Part shown: positions 1 to 9,137 of the stretch, one piece after another
Position numbering within the stretch: the stretch's first letter is position 1
How the letters are laid out: every line of letters begins with the position of its first letter
Assembly: GCA_001000545.1 (NCBI GenBank)
Contig: LCOC01000001.1
Location: 1 to 45,593, forward strand
Reading direction: 5' to 3'
From: Parcubacteria group bacterium GW2011_GWA2_47_21
GTDB taxonomy: Bacteria > Patescibacteriota > Minisyncoccia > Phycocordibacterales > DSPV01
Length of the DNA: 45,593 nucleotides
Notes under the pieces: generated by a model
What the model was told of the DNA's origin: nothing
Database searches by the model: none
Seen by the model: the letters and a program-made list of their open reading frames with translations, nothing else
Made by a program: the position numbers and the translations under genes

Positions 1-62
1 TTTATACGGTTCTATAATAGCGAATGACAGGCTGGGGGTTTTCTCAATTTTAATTCTGAAAT

Positions 63-1166
63 ATGGCCAAAGATTATTATGAGACATTAGGGGTGCCGAG
101 GAACGCGTCAAAGGATGACATTAAAAAAGCGTTCCGGAATTTGGCGCACAAATATCACCCCGACAAAAAAGACGGCGACGAGAAAAAGTTTAAGGAAGCC
201 AACGAGGCCTACTCAGCGCTCTCCGACGACAAAAAACGCGCCGAATACGATTCCTACGGACGGGTGTTTAGCGAGGGTGGCCGTCCGGGCGGTGGTTTCG
301 GTGGATTTAACGGCTTCGGCGGTTTTGATGGTTTTGGAGATTTTGATTTCTCTAACTTTTCCGCCCAAGGCGGACCAGCCTCGGGCTGGGACCTCGGCGA
401 TGTCTTTGGCGATATTTTTGGAGGAGGTTTCGGCCGAGAAAATCGGCGCGGGCGGGACATTTCCATAGACCTAGAGCTATCCTTCGCTGAAGCGGTGTTT
501 GGCACCACCAGAAAAATTCTTTTGGCTAAAACATCATTCTGCGACATCTGTAAAGGAAGCGGCGGGAAAGTCGAAACGGGGATGGAGCAATGTAAGACCT
601 GCAACGGCAAGGGTAAAATCAGAGAGAACCGCAGGTCGTTTTTCGGGGCGATTTCCACCGTTCAAACCTGTTCCGCCTGCCATGGCCGAGGCGAAGTGCC
701 TAAAGAAAAATGCCCGGACTGTCGCGGGCTAGGGGTGATTAGGAAAGAGCAAGAAATATCAGTCGCCGTACCTGCCAGTATTGAAGATGGAGAAATGATT
801 AGAATGGCTAACGGCGGCGAAGCGGTACAAGAAGGGATAGCCGGCGACCTTTATATTAAAATCCGCGTCAAACCCCACCCGCAATTTAAGAGGGAAGGCA
901 AAAATTTAGTCACCGAATTGAGCATCAAGCTTACCAGCGCGATTTTGGGCGGCGAGTACACGATACAGACGCTTGACGGCGACATCGTCGTCAAAGTCCC
1001 AGCCGGCGTTTCTTTCGGAGAAATACTGCGCATCAAAGGGAGAGGGGTACCGGTTGATAAGCATCGCCGAGGCGACTTATTGATTAGGATTCATATTGAA
1101 CTGCCGAAGAAACTTTCCAAAGAAGCCGTTAAAAAAATTGAAGAACTAAAGCGGGACGGAATATAA
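63..1166 (+). CDS. dnaJ: Molecular chaperone DnaJ
   Basis: J-domain with HPD motif, G/F-rich linker, four CxxCxGxG zinc-finger repeats, C-terminal substrate-binding domain. Confidence 0.98.
   Translation: MAKDYYETLGVPRNASKDDIKKAFRNLAHKYHPDKKDGDEKKFKEANEAYSALSDDKKRAEYDSYGRVFSEGGRPGGGFGGFNGFGGFDGFGDFDFSNFSAQGGPASGWDLGDVFGDIFGGGFGRENRRGRDISIDLELSFAEAVFGTTRKILLAKTSFCDICKGSGGKVETGMEQCKTCNGKGKIRENRRSFFGAISTVQTCSACHGRGEVPKEKCPDCRGLGVIRKEQEISVAVPASIEDGEMIRMANGGEAVQEGIAGDLYIKIRVKPHPQFKREGKNLVTELSIKLTSAILGGEYTIQTLDGDIVVKVPAGVSFGEILRIKGRGVPVDKHRRGDLLIRIHIELPKKLSKEAVKKIEELKRDGI
360..389. repeat. Double-hairpin palindromic element in-frame within dnaJ
   Basis: TCCGCC-caa-GGCGGA followed by CCAGCC-tcg-GGCTGG; exactly 10 codons ([10 protein letters not shown]). 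Confidence 0.75.
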
Positions 1167-1199
1167 CAAATAATCCCCCCCCTTGCCCGCCTTAAGGCG

Positions 1200-1296
1200 G
1201 CGAAATGCGAAATTTTACGGTTGGTTCCGCAAAATCTCACTTAAAAACTTAGGGATTTTGCGACCCGAGGACCTAAAATTTTGTGTTTCGTAATTC
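1200..1296. repeat. Dispersed hairpin repeat family 1, copy 1 (MITE/REP-like)
   Basis: About 85 bp nearly identical to the reverse complement of 17278-17364; nested inverted repeats with inner stem CGCAAAATC...GATTTTGCG. Confidence 0.85.
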
Positions 1297-1391
1297 ACGA
1301 TTTTTCAAAACATTGCGTAGCGCTGGCGCGAGCATAGCAATCCACCTCAAGCGGCTCTGCCCGTTTTGAAAAAGGTGTGTCCGAACGGTTC

Positions 1392-1420
1392 TTTACACCA
1401 AAGAAATTCCATGCTAACTT
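1392..1420 (+). promoter_or_regulatory. Putative sigma70 promoter
   Basis: TTTACA-N17-TAACTT with extended -10 TG. Confidence 0.5.
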
Positions 1421-1426
1421 ACGAGA

Positions 1427-1595
1427 CGGATGAAATTGAAACCTAGAAAATCGGTAGAACCAGTCGCTTTATTTCGTTGGACTTGGGAAAGTTTCAGGGT
1501 GCGTATCGGCGCATCCTCGAATCCCAGCGACCCAACTCGTTCAGAGCGAGTAATTAAACACAAACATCCCCAATCAGCAGGGGGTGTTTCTTTTT
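1427..1595 (+). ncRNA. Candidate ~170 nt structured small RNA (6S-like size, unassigned)
   Basis: Lies between a putative promoter and terminator; rod-like stem 1464-1549 with four to five stacked helices. Confidence 0.4.
1562..1595 (+). terminator. Rho-independent terminator
   Basis: AAACATCCCC...GGGGTGTTT hairpin followed by a T tract. Confidence 0.7.
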
Positions 1596-1630
1596 AGAGT
1601 GAATTTCCGGTTTATGATATATTAAAGGGT

Positions 1631-1903
1631 ATGAGATTGGCGTTATTCATCCTGCTGTTTCCGATATTTATGCCCTTAGCGATTGTTATGGAACTAGTGC
1701 GTCCGCTTTGGTTCAATAAACCTGAAAAAAAGCGGAGTCCTTGGGTTTACATTCCGATTTTTTTAATTTTCGGCCCTATTTACCTTATCGTGGCCGCTGG
1801 ATTTTTCTGGTGGGCGAAACTGGCCGAGCCGGGCGAGAAAGGCGGCGTATCCGAGGAGTTCAAGGAAATTTTCAGAGAATTGCTGACTTTCTTCAAGCCA
1901 TAG
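1631..1903 (+). CDS. Small membrane protein, hypothetical
   Basis: 90 aa with two hydrophobic segments; -10-like TATATT 7 nt before ATG. Confidence 0.7.
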   Translation: MRLALFILLFPIFMPLAIVMELVRPLWFNKPEKKRSPWVYIPIFLIFGPIYLIVAAGFFWWAKLAEPGEKGGVSEEFKEIFRELLTFFKP

Positions 1904-1913
1904 CGATTTAATT

Positions 1914-2111
1914 TCTAATTGACCTAATTGGTCTAATTACTAAACAAGCACCCCGCCTACGCCACATCTTCGGCGGGCAGGCAAACAAATTCTAATGACC
2001 AAAATTCAAATCCGAAATAGCGAGATTGTTAGTTTAGAATTTTGGAATTGGAATGTTAGTATTGTTTGGCATTTGAAATTTGGGATTTGGGATTTTTTTA
2101 GGTCAATTAGA
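1914..2111. repeat. Nested inverted repeat built from 9-nt and 7-nt periodic units
   Basis: 14-bp perfect outer IR TCTAATTGACCTAA/TTAGGTCAATTAGA; internal TTTGGGA-type heptamers. Confidence 0.65.
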
Positions 2112-2181
2112 TTAATTAGAACAAATAGGAATTATTCTTGTTCCCTTTGATAAGAACCTTATTACTGCTATCATCTTGAGC

Positions 2182-3141
2182 ATGAGCGATAAACCAAAAA
2201 TTCTTCTGTCCGGCGTCAAACCAACTGGCGCGCCGCATATCGGCAATTACTTTGGCGCGATGAAACAATTCGTGGATTTACAAGATGAATACAAACCGTA
2301 CATTTTTATTGCCGACTACCATGCTCTAACGACCATTCACAGCGCCAAAGAGCTCCATCAAAACATCCTTGGCGTTGCTCTAGATTATCTGGCTATCGGC
2401 CTTAACCCCGAGAAAACCGCGCTCTTTAAGCAGTCAGACGTGCCGGAAGTCGCCGAGCTCGCTTGGATTTTTAACTGCATTACAACCGTTCCTTATCTTG
2501 AGCGCGCCCACGCTTACAAGGACGCGGTCGCTAAGGGTAGGGAGGTATCCGTTGGCACTTTTGATTACCCAATTCTTATGGCCGCCGATATTTTGATTCA
2601 AGACGCCGACGTGGTGCCGGTGGGACAAGACCAAAAACAGCACATTGAATACGCCCGCGATACGGCGGAAAAATTCAACCGAATTTTCGGCGAGACCTTT
2701 AAATTGCCCGAGGCCTTCATTCTGCCAAATGTTGAAGTCGTGAAAGGCATTGACGGCCAGAAAATGAGTAAAAGCTACGGCAACACCATTCCCTTATTCG
2801 CCTCAAGAGGAGAAATCCAAAAATTAGTTATGAGCATTGTTACGGACTCCGGCGCCGATATTCCGCAAAACGTCTACGCCATCCATAAACTTTTCAAATC
2901 GGAATCCGAACTCGCGAAACTTTACGAAGACAATAAAGGGAAATACAAAATTCTCAAAGAGGCGCTGATTGAGGACGCCGACACAACGCTCGCGCCGCTC
3001 CGGCGCCGGCGCCAAGAACTGGCGAAGAACCAGTCCACTGTCCTAAAAATCGTTGCGGAGGGCGGCAAGGTCGCCCGCGCCCGCGCCGCAAAAAAACTTG
3101 AAGAGACGCGAAGAAAAATCGGAGTCGTTCTGGAATCATGA
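2182..3141 (+). CDS. trpS: Tryptophanyl-tRNA synthetase
   Basis: HIGN and KMSKS motifs, YPILMAADIL, VPVGQDQKQH; ATG at 2182 preferred over TTG at 2176. Confidence 0.97.
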   Translation: MSDKPKILLSGVKPTGAPHIGNYFGAMKQFVDLQDEYKPYIFIADYHALTTIHSAKELHQNILGVALDYLAIGLNPEKTALFKQSDVPEVAELAWIFNCITTVPYLERAHAYKDAVAKGREVSVGTFDYPILMAADILIQDADVVPVGQDQKQHIEYARDTAEKFNRIFGETFKLPEAFILPNVEVVKGIDGQKMSKSYGNTIPLFASRGEIQKLVMSIVTDSGADIPQNVYAIHKLFKSESELAKLYEDNKGKYKILKEALIEDADTTLAPLRRRRQELAKNQSTVLKIVAEGGKVARARAAKKLEETRRKIGVVLES

Positions 3142-4922
3142 ATCAGCAAATAACAAAAGGGGGGCTAAAACAGAGCTTCTCTGTCTTAATCGGTTATTTG
3201 AAAAAATACCGGAGAGAGACGCTGGCTCTCTCCTTTTTAGGCGTGGTCTCGGCGGTGGGGAACGGCGCTGTGCCCTTTATCGCCGGCCGGTTTTTTGACT
3301 CCATTATCTCGCCGGAAACCAACGCGATTTTTGGTATCGTTTTGCCTCTTTACGCCATTTTACTTGCGCTTTGGGCCATAATCCAAATTGCCACTTACCT
3401 CGTGGATTGGCAGATAAATATAAGAAGTGAAAATTTTTCTAACGCCGTTTGGGTTGATTATTGGTCAAAAGGCGTCGCGCATCTTTTAGAACTGCCGATG
3501 GCGTTCCATAAAGCCAAGAAAATCGGAGAGGTGGGCGAAAAAATCAACCGCGCTTCTTTCGCTTTGGAAACGATTATCGGCCGGATAGTGATAGATTTGG
3601 CGCCGCAGTTTCTGTCTATCGCTATCGCTCTTGGCATAGGTTTTTACATTAATCCTATGCTTGCTCTGGCTCTTATCGTAGGCATCACAATCTATACGGC
3701 CATTCTCATCCGTTCGGTCGCGCCAATAGCGGCAATCCAACGCGAATACCACACTCATCTGTTTCGGGCTTTCGGCAACAGCTATGATATGGTGGGCAAC
3801 GCTCTCGCCATCAAACAGGCGACGGCGGAAGAATTTGAAGCCAAAAGAATGACTACGCTCCTCAAGGGGCCGGTCCTGTCTTTATGGTCAAAAATGAATA
3901 AAATTTGGAGTAATTTAACACTCGGCCAACGCATCATAATTCTCGGCACGCAACTGATAATTTTCGTCGCTTCAATTTATTTTATTAACCAAGGCAAAAT
4001 GACGATAGGCGGCCTTTTGGCTTTCAACGCCTACGCCACTATGGTGTTCGGGCCGTTTGTCGTCGTCGGCCGCAACTGGCAGACGATTCAAAACGGCGTT
4101 ATCCAGCTGGAAGAGGCCGAGGGCATTCTCCGCGAGCCGGAAGAAAAATATCACCCATCCGGCGCGGCGGAAAACACCAAAATCCAAGGGAACATAGCTT
4201 TCAAAAACGTTTCTTTCTACTACGACAAAAAAACGCCGGTGCTTCATGGCATAAATTTTGAAGTGAAAGCCGGCGAAATTGTCGCCTTGGTCGGCGAGTC
4301 GGGAGTCGGCAAATCCACCCTAATTGATTTAATTTCCGGCTATCATTTCCCGAAAGAGGGCCAGGTGCTAATTGACGGCCAGCCGATTGAGATACTTGAC
4401 TTACTGTCGCTTCGTTCACAAATTGGCGTCGTGCCTCAAGAAGTCGTCCTTTTTAATGACACGATTCTTCACAACATCCGGTACGGCTCGTTTAGCGCCA
4501 CCGAGGAAGCGGCCAAAACGGCGGCAAGAGAGGCGCACGCTTATGATTTCATAGAGAAATTTCCGGACAAGTGGCAACAAACGGTTGGCGAGCGTGGGGT
4601 GAAATTGTCTGTCGGCCAGAAACAGCGGGTGGCAATCGCTCGGGCGATTCTACGAAACCCTAAAATTTTAATTTTGGATGAGCCGACTTCGGCTTTGGAC
4701 GCCGGTTCGGAAAAAATAATCACCGAGTCGCTGGAGCGGCTAATGCGGGGTAAGACCACTTTCATTATCGCCCACCGCCTTTCAACCGTTAGGAAAGCCC
4801 ATAAAATCTTGGTCTTTAAAGACGGTAAAATCGTGGAATCCGGCCAACACGAGGAACTTCTTAAAATCGCAAGCGGCGAGTACCGCCGGCTTTATGAATT
4901 ACAAATCGGACTGCATAACTGA
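3138..4922 (+). CDS. ABC exporter, fused permease/ATP-binding (MsbA/ABCB-like)
   Basis: N-terminal multi-TM domain; Walker A GESGVGKST, signature LSVGQKQR, Walker B ILILDE, H-loop. Confidence 0.95.
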   Translation: MNQQITKGGLKQSFSVLIGYLKKYRRETLALSFLGVVSAVGNGAVPFIAGRFFDSIISPETNAIFGIVLPLYAILLALWAIIQIATYLVDWQINIRSENFSNAVWVDYWSKGVAHLLELPMAFHKAKKIGEVGEKINRASFALETIIGRIVIDLAPQFLSIAIALGIGFYINPMLALALIVGITIYTAILIRSVAPIAAIQREYHTHLFRAFGNSYDMVGNALAIKQATAEEFEAKRMTTLLKGPVLSLWSKMNKIWSNLTLGQRIIILGTQLIIFVASIYFINQGKMTIGGLLAFNAYATMVFGPFVVVGRNWQTIQNGVIQLEEAEGILREPEEKYHPSGAAENTKIQGNIAFKNVSFYYDKKTPVLHGINFEVKAGEIVALVGESGVGKSTLIDLISGYHFPKEGQVLIDGQPIEILDLLSLRSQIGVVPQEVVLFNDTILHNIRYGSFSATEEAAKTAAREAHAYDFIEKFPDKWQQTVGERGVKLSVGQKQRVAIARAILRNPKILILDEPTSALDAGSEKIITESLERLMRGKTTFIIAHRLSTVRKAHKILVFKDGKIVESGQHEELLKIASGEYRRLYELQIGLHN

Positions 4923-4992
4923 GGCGGAGCCGACGCGGAAAAAAGTTATTGAAAACTATGAAAAATGTTATGGCTCTGTTAATATCATTCTC

Positions 4993-6411
4993 ATGCAGAG
5001 AACTTATATAAAAGATGTAAAAGGAAAGACGGGAGAGGAAGTCAAGATTTCCGGTTTTGTGGATGTGCGGCGCGACCACGGTAAACTCATTTTTATTGAC
5101 CTCCGCGATATTTCCGGCAAAGTGCAAATGGTCGCATTACCTAACCATAAAGAAGCGCATAAATTGGCGGGTGAGGTTCGCCCGGAATGGGTTATTGAAG
5201 TAATGGGTAAGGTCAATAAGCGACCGGAAAAATTGATAAACAAAAACGAACCGAACGGAGAAGTGGAGTTAGAAGTTTTGGAAATCAAGATTTTGAATCA
5301 AGCGGAAACCCCGCCGTTTAACCTTCAAAGCGATGGAAAAGAAATCGGCGAAGAAGCCCGCTTAAAATACCGCTTTCTTGATTTGCGCCGCCCTCGCCTT
5401 CAAACTAACATGGTGAATCGTTTTAAAATCACCCAGTTTGTCCGCAACGCTTTGGAAAAAGAGGGCTTCGTTGAAATTGAGACCCCGCTTCTTTCTGCCA
5501 CTACCCCGGAAGGTTCGCGCGATTACATCGTTCCGGCGCGATTGGATAAAGGAAAATTTTATTCTCTGCCTCAATCGCCGCAACAATACAAACAGCTTAT
5601 TATGGTTGCCGGTTTTGAGAGATACTTCCAATTCGCTCGTTGTATGAGGGACGAAGACACCAGAGGCGACCGCCAGCCGGAATTCACGCAACTGGACTTG
5701 GAGATGAGTTTCGTGGCGCAGGAAGATGTTATGGCCTTAAACGAGAAACTCTTGATTGAACTTGTCAAAGCAATCTACCCCGAGAAAAAAATTCAAGAAA
5801 TCCCTTTCCCTCGCTTGACCTATAAAGAAGTGGTGGAGAAGTATAAAACGGACAAGCCGGATTTGCGCCAGGACAAAAATAATCCCGACTTGCTGGCTTT
5901 TCTGTGGATTGTTGATTTTCCGTTTTTTGAGAAAGATGACAAAACGAAGCCAAATTCCGATGGAACGCCTAAATGGACTTTTACTCACAATCCGTTTTCC
6001 GCGCCTAAACCGGAACATATGGATTGGCTTATGAAAGCGGAACAGATACCCGAAATTCTTACGACCCAATACGACGTGGTTCTGAACGGCTTTGAAATCG
6101 GCGGAGGCAGTATCAGAAATCATCGGCCGGAAGCGCTAAAAAAGGTCTTTCAAATCATGGGTTACACCGACGACAGAATAGAAAAAAATTTCGGCCATAT
6201 GTTAAAGGCCCTTTCTTCCGGCGCGCCTCCTCACGGCGGGATTGCTTGGGGATTTGACCGACTGGTAATGCTCCTTCAAAACGAGCCCAACATTCGTGAA
6301 GTTATTGCTTTTGCTAAAACCGGCGAGGGAAGGGATTTGATGATGGGCGCGCCTTCGGAGGTCTCCTCCGAACAACTTGCTGAACTCGGAATTAAAATTA
6401 CTCCGCGATAA
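4993..6411 (+). CDS. aspS: Aspartyl-tRNA synthetase, short form lacking the GAD insertion (probably non-discriminating)
   Basis: RRDHG OB-fold, LPQSPQQYKQ, RDED..RQPEFTQLD, GGGSIR, PPHGGIAWGFDR; ATG at 4993 preferred. Confidence 0.96.
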   Translation: MQRTYIKDVKGKTGEEVKISGFVDVRRDHGKLIFIDLRDISGKVQMVALPNHKEAHKLAGEVRPEWVIEVMGKVNKRPEKLINKNEPNGEVELEVLEIKILNQAETPPFNLQSDGKEIGEEARLKYRFLDLRRPRLQTNMVNRFKITQFVRNALEKEGFVEIETPLLSATTPEGSRDYIVPARLDKGKFYSLPQSPQQYKQLIMVAGFERYFQFARCMRDEDTRGDRQPEFTQLDLEMSFVAQEDVMALNEKLLIELVKAIYPEKKIQEIPFPRLTYKEVVEKYKTDKPDLRQDKNNPDLLAFLWIVDFPFFEKDDKTKPNSDGTPKWTFTHNPFSAPKPEHMDWLMKAEQIPEILTTQYDVVLNGFEIGGGSIRNHRPEALKKVFQIMGYTDDRIEKNFGHMLKALSSGAPPHGGIAWGFDRLVMLLQNEPNIREVIAFAKTGEGRDLMMGAPSEVSSEQLAELGIKITPR

Positions 6412-6412
6412 A

Positions 6413-6510
6413 ACTAGCAAGGTTCAACCTCGCTAGAACAACCTCGCCAGAAAGGTTAAACCTTTGCTATTCTCCAATAGCCCCCGTGTCAACGTGGCAG
6501 GTTGACGCGT
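6413..6510. repeat. Cluster of short palindromes after aspS (AGGTT-N-AACCT x2 plus a hairpin)
   Basis: AAGGTTCAACCT at ~6419, AAAGGTTAAACCTTT at ~6451, GTCAAC-N7-GTTGAC hairpin. Confidence 0.5.
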
Positions 6511-6642
6511 AAATATGGCTTTAAATAAAGAAATTTCAAGAGTTAAGAAAATTTGATGATTTTGCTTGACTTTTTTGTTGCTCTGATAACTTCGTACTTC
6601 CATTAACTTAATACTTAATAAATAATGAGTTATACTTTCCCT

Positions 6643-7377
6643 ATGTCGTTCCCTATGTCGTTTGAGGTTAAAACGGGGGTGTTTCAAGGGCCGCTTGATT
6701 TGCTTTTGAATTTGATTGAAAAACGGAAACTCCATATCAATGAAATTTCGCTCGCCAAAGTGGCCGACGATTTTATTCTTTACACCAAACGCTTGGGGGA
6801 CTTCCCGCTCTCCGAAAGCGCCAATTTTATTTTAATCGCCGCCACGCTGGTTCTTATAAAGTCCAGGTCTTTGCTCCCAAACTTGGAACTCTCTGAGGAA
6901 GAGGGGGGGAGTATTGAGGAGTTGGAAAGACGCCTCAAACTGTACAAAAGAATGCGCGGGCTTGCCCGCCATATAAGCAAGAATCTCGGCCTATCGCCCA
7001 TATATAATCCCTGCGAACGCCCAATAGAACCAGTTTTTTCTCCCGACTCGGCCATTACCCCATCAAATTTGCTCGGCTCTATTCGCGAGGTGCTCAAGAA
7101 TCTGCCGAAAAAGGATTTTCTGCCCAAAGCGATAGTGGATAAAGTAATCAGTTTAGAAGAGATGATTGAAAATCTGACGGAAAGGATTAAAACCAGCATT
7201 AAAATGAGCTTCAGGGAATTTTCTAAGATTGGCAGAGAGAAAAAAGTCAATGTGATTGTGGGATTTTTGGCTATGCTTGAATTGGTGAAACAAGGTATAA
7301 TTCAAGTCAAGCAGGAAAAACATTTTGAAGACATTACCATAGAAACAGAAAGCGTTGCGACCCCAAATTATGCCTAA
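6643..7377 (+). CDS. scpA: Segregation and condensation protein A
   Basis: FQGPLDLLLNLI N-terminus, FLAMLEL C-terminal winged helix; start is 6643 or 6655 because of a 12-bp tandem duplication. Confidence 0.93.
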   Translation: MSFPMSFEVKTGVFQGPLDLLLNLIEKRKLHINEISLAKVADDFILYTKRLGDFPLSESANFILIAATLVLIKSRSLLPNLELSEEEGGSIEELERRLKLYKRMRGLARHISKNLGLSPIYNPCERPIEPVFSPDSAITPSNLLGSIREVLKNLPKKDFLPKAIVDKVISLEEMIENLTERIKTSIKMSFREFSKIGREKKVNVIVGFLAMLELVKQGIIQVKQEKHFEDITIETESVATPNYA

Positions 7378-7963
7378 CATAATTAGTTTGGAATCAAAAA
7401 TCGAGGCCCTGCTTTTTTGGAAAGGTGAACCGGTTAAAATCAAACGGCTAGCCGCGATTTTGGAGGCCTCGGAGGAAGAGGCCGCGAAAGCGCTGGAACG
7501 GCTGGAGAAGAATTTTTCCGGACGCGGTGTAGCGCTTATCAAGAAAAGCGACGAAGTCATGATGGGAACGGCGCCCGAAACGTCGAGCATCATAGAAAAA
7601 TTGACAAAAGAAGAACTAGCGAGGGATTTGGGAAAAGCCGGTCTGGAAACTCTTGCCGTCGTTCTTTATAAAGGGCCGGTAGTCAGAAGGGAAATAGATT
7701 TTATCCGCGGAGTCAATTCAACATTTATCATAAGAAATTTAATGATTAGGGGGCTCATTGAAAGGATTCCGAATAAAAACGATATGCGGGCGTTTTTATA
7801 CCAGCCGACATTTGCGCTTCTTGGCCATTTGGGGATTAAAAGAATGGAGGATTTGCCGGAGTGGGCAACGGTAAAAAAGGAAATTGAAATGTTTGAATTG
7901 GCAAACAAAGAAAGCGCCGAGGGGGACGATTCAAATTTAAAAAATGTCTCTGCCGAAGATTAA
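7370..7963 (+). CDS. scpB: Segregation and condensation protein B
   Basis: IEALLF, LETLAVVLYKGPV, IDFIRGVNS; overlaps the scpA stop. Confidence 0.94.
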   Translation: MPNIISLESKIEALLFWKGEPVKIKRLAAILEASEEEAAKALERLEKNFSGRGVALIKKSDEVMMGTAPETSSIIEKLTKEELARDLGKAGLETLAVVLYKGPVVRREIDFIRGVNSTFIIRNLMIRGLIERIPNKNDMRAFLYQPTFALLGHLGIKRMEDLPEWATVKKEIEMFELANKESAEGDDSNLKNVSAED

Positions 7964-7968
7964 AAAAT

Positions 7969-9036
7969 ATGGATGCTTCAAGCGAACAACTGAATAATCC
8001 GGAAAACCCAAACCAAGAGAAGGAAGCGGAAAATGCTCCGGCCGGCTCTAACCAGAATACTGTCGGCATTGCGGCGGTCGTATTGGCGCTAGCGCTCTTC
8101 GGAATTTTTACCTTCCATATTGATTTAAACCAGAAATCAGAAAACACGCGGGCGGCTTTTCAGAGGGGCGGTATGGATAATTTAAAGTTTCCCGCCGACC
8201 GCCGAATGATTGACGCCTTTCAAGGCCTTCAGTTGGAAGCAAAATCGGTGGCTATTTTTGACTTGCAATCGGGAGAGTTTGTGTACGAAAAAAACGCAAC
8301 CGCCCAACTGCCACTGGCTTCTCTTACAAAAATAATGACGGCTATTGTCGCCAAAGAGTCAATTAGCAACCCGACGATTGTGACTATAGAAAAAGATGAC
8401 ATCACTCAGGATGGCGATAGCGGCCTAAAAATCGGCGAGGAATGGAATCTTTACGATTTGATTAAATTTATGCTGGTCTCTTCTTCAAATGACGGCGCCA
8501 GCGCTTTGGCCACGGCTATCGGCGCCAGCGCGGATGGCCTGGCTAAACCAGAAACCGAAGGGGAAATCGCGTCAAGCAAGGAGTCCTTTATAGAAAAAAT
8601 GAACGGGAAAGCGGTTGAACTGGGGTTGGACCAGACATTTTTCCTGAATGAATCCGGCCTTGATGAGACCGAGGGATTAAGCGGCGCATACGGTTCGGCC
8701 CGCGACGTGGCAAAGCTCTTGGCTTACGCCATTATCAAACACCCCGATATAATGTCCGTTACGGGCGAGAATGAGTTAATCTTTTCCACCTTCGGTAATG
8801 AAAATCATTCTGCCAAAAATACCAACCCGAACGCCGCGTCGCTCCCCGGAATCCTCGGCTCCAAAACCGGTTTTACGGATTTGGCCGGCGGTAATTTAAC
8901 CGTCGCTTTGGACGCGAGTTTTGGTCGGCCAATCATAATCGTCGTTTTGGGCTCAAGCGAAGAGGGAAGGTTTAGGGATGTGGAAACATTGGCAAAAGCG
9001 GTGTTCGCTGATTTTTATTGGTCGGAGAAGACATAG
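7969..9036 (+). CDS. D-alanyl-D-alanine carboxypeptidase (peptidase S11)
   Basis: N-terminal TM; SLTK (SxxK), SSN (SxN) and KTG motifs. Confidence 0.92.
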   Translation: MDASSEQLNNPENPNQEKEAENAPAGSNQNTVGIAAVVLALALFGIFTFHIDLNQKSENTRAAFQRGGMDNLKFPADRRMIDAFQGLQLEAKSVAIFDLQSGEFVYEKNATAQLPLASLTKIMTAIVAKESISNPTIVTIEKDDITQDGDSGLKIGEEWNLYDLIKFMLVSSSNDGASALATAIGASADGLAKPETEGEIASSKESFIEKMNGKAVELGLDQTFFLNESGLDETEGLSGAYGSARDVAKLLAYAIIKHPDIMSVTGENELIFSTFGNENHSAKNTNPNAASLPGILGSKTGFTDLAGGNLTVALDASFGRPIIIVVLGSSEEGRFRDVETLAKAVFADFYWSEKT

Positions 9037-9137
9037 ATAAGCTGATTTGATAAAGATTGGCCTCATGCGCCCGATTTCCGATTGACCCAAACCATTAAAC
9101 CTCAGGAGCTTGATTTTATTTGGTAATTTTTTGTTTT

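Noticed and set aside
1464-1549. SRP (4.5S) RNA
   Set aside because: The rod lacks the GNRA tetraloop and the CAGG/AGCA domain IV motif.
1905-2181. T-box leader for trpS
   Set aside because: No GGTGGNACC T-box motif or terminator; a -10 box sits directly before the ATG.
4894-4992. N-terminal extensions from the ORF track (aspS; also trpS, scpB, mraY, mraZ, rplU, DUF5652-like)
   Set aside because: The extensions overlap neighbours or promoter boxes, and recognisable family sequence begins at downstream ATGs.
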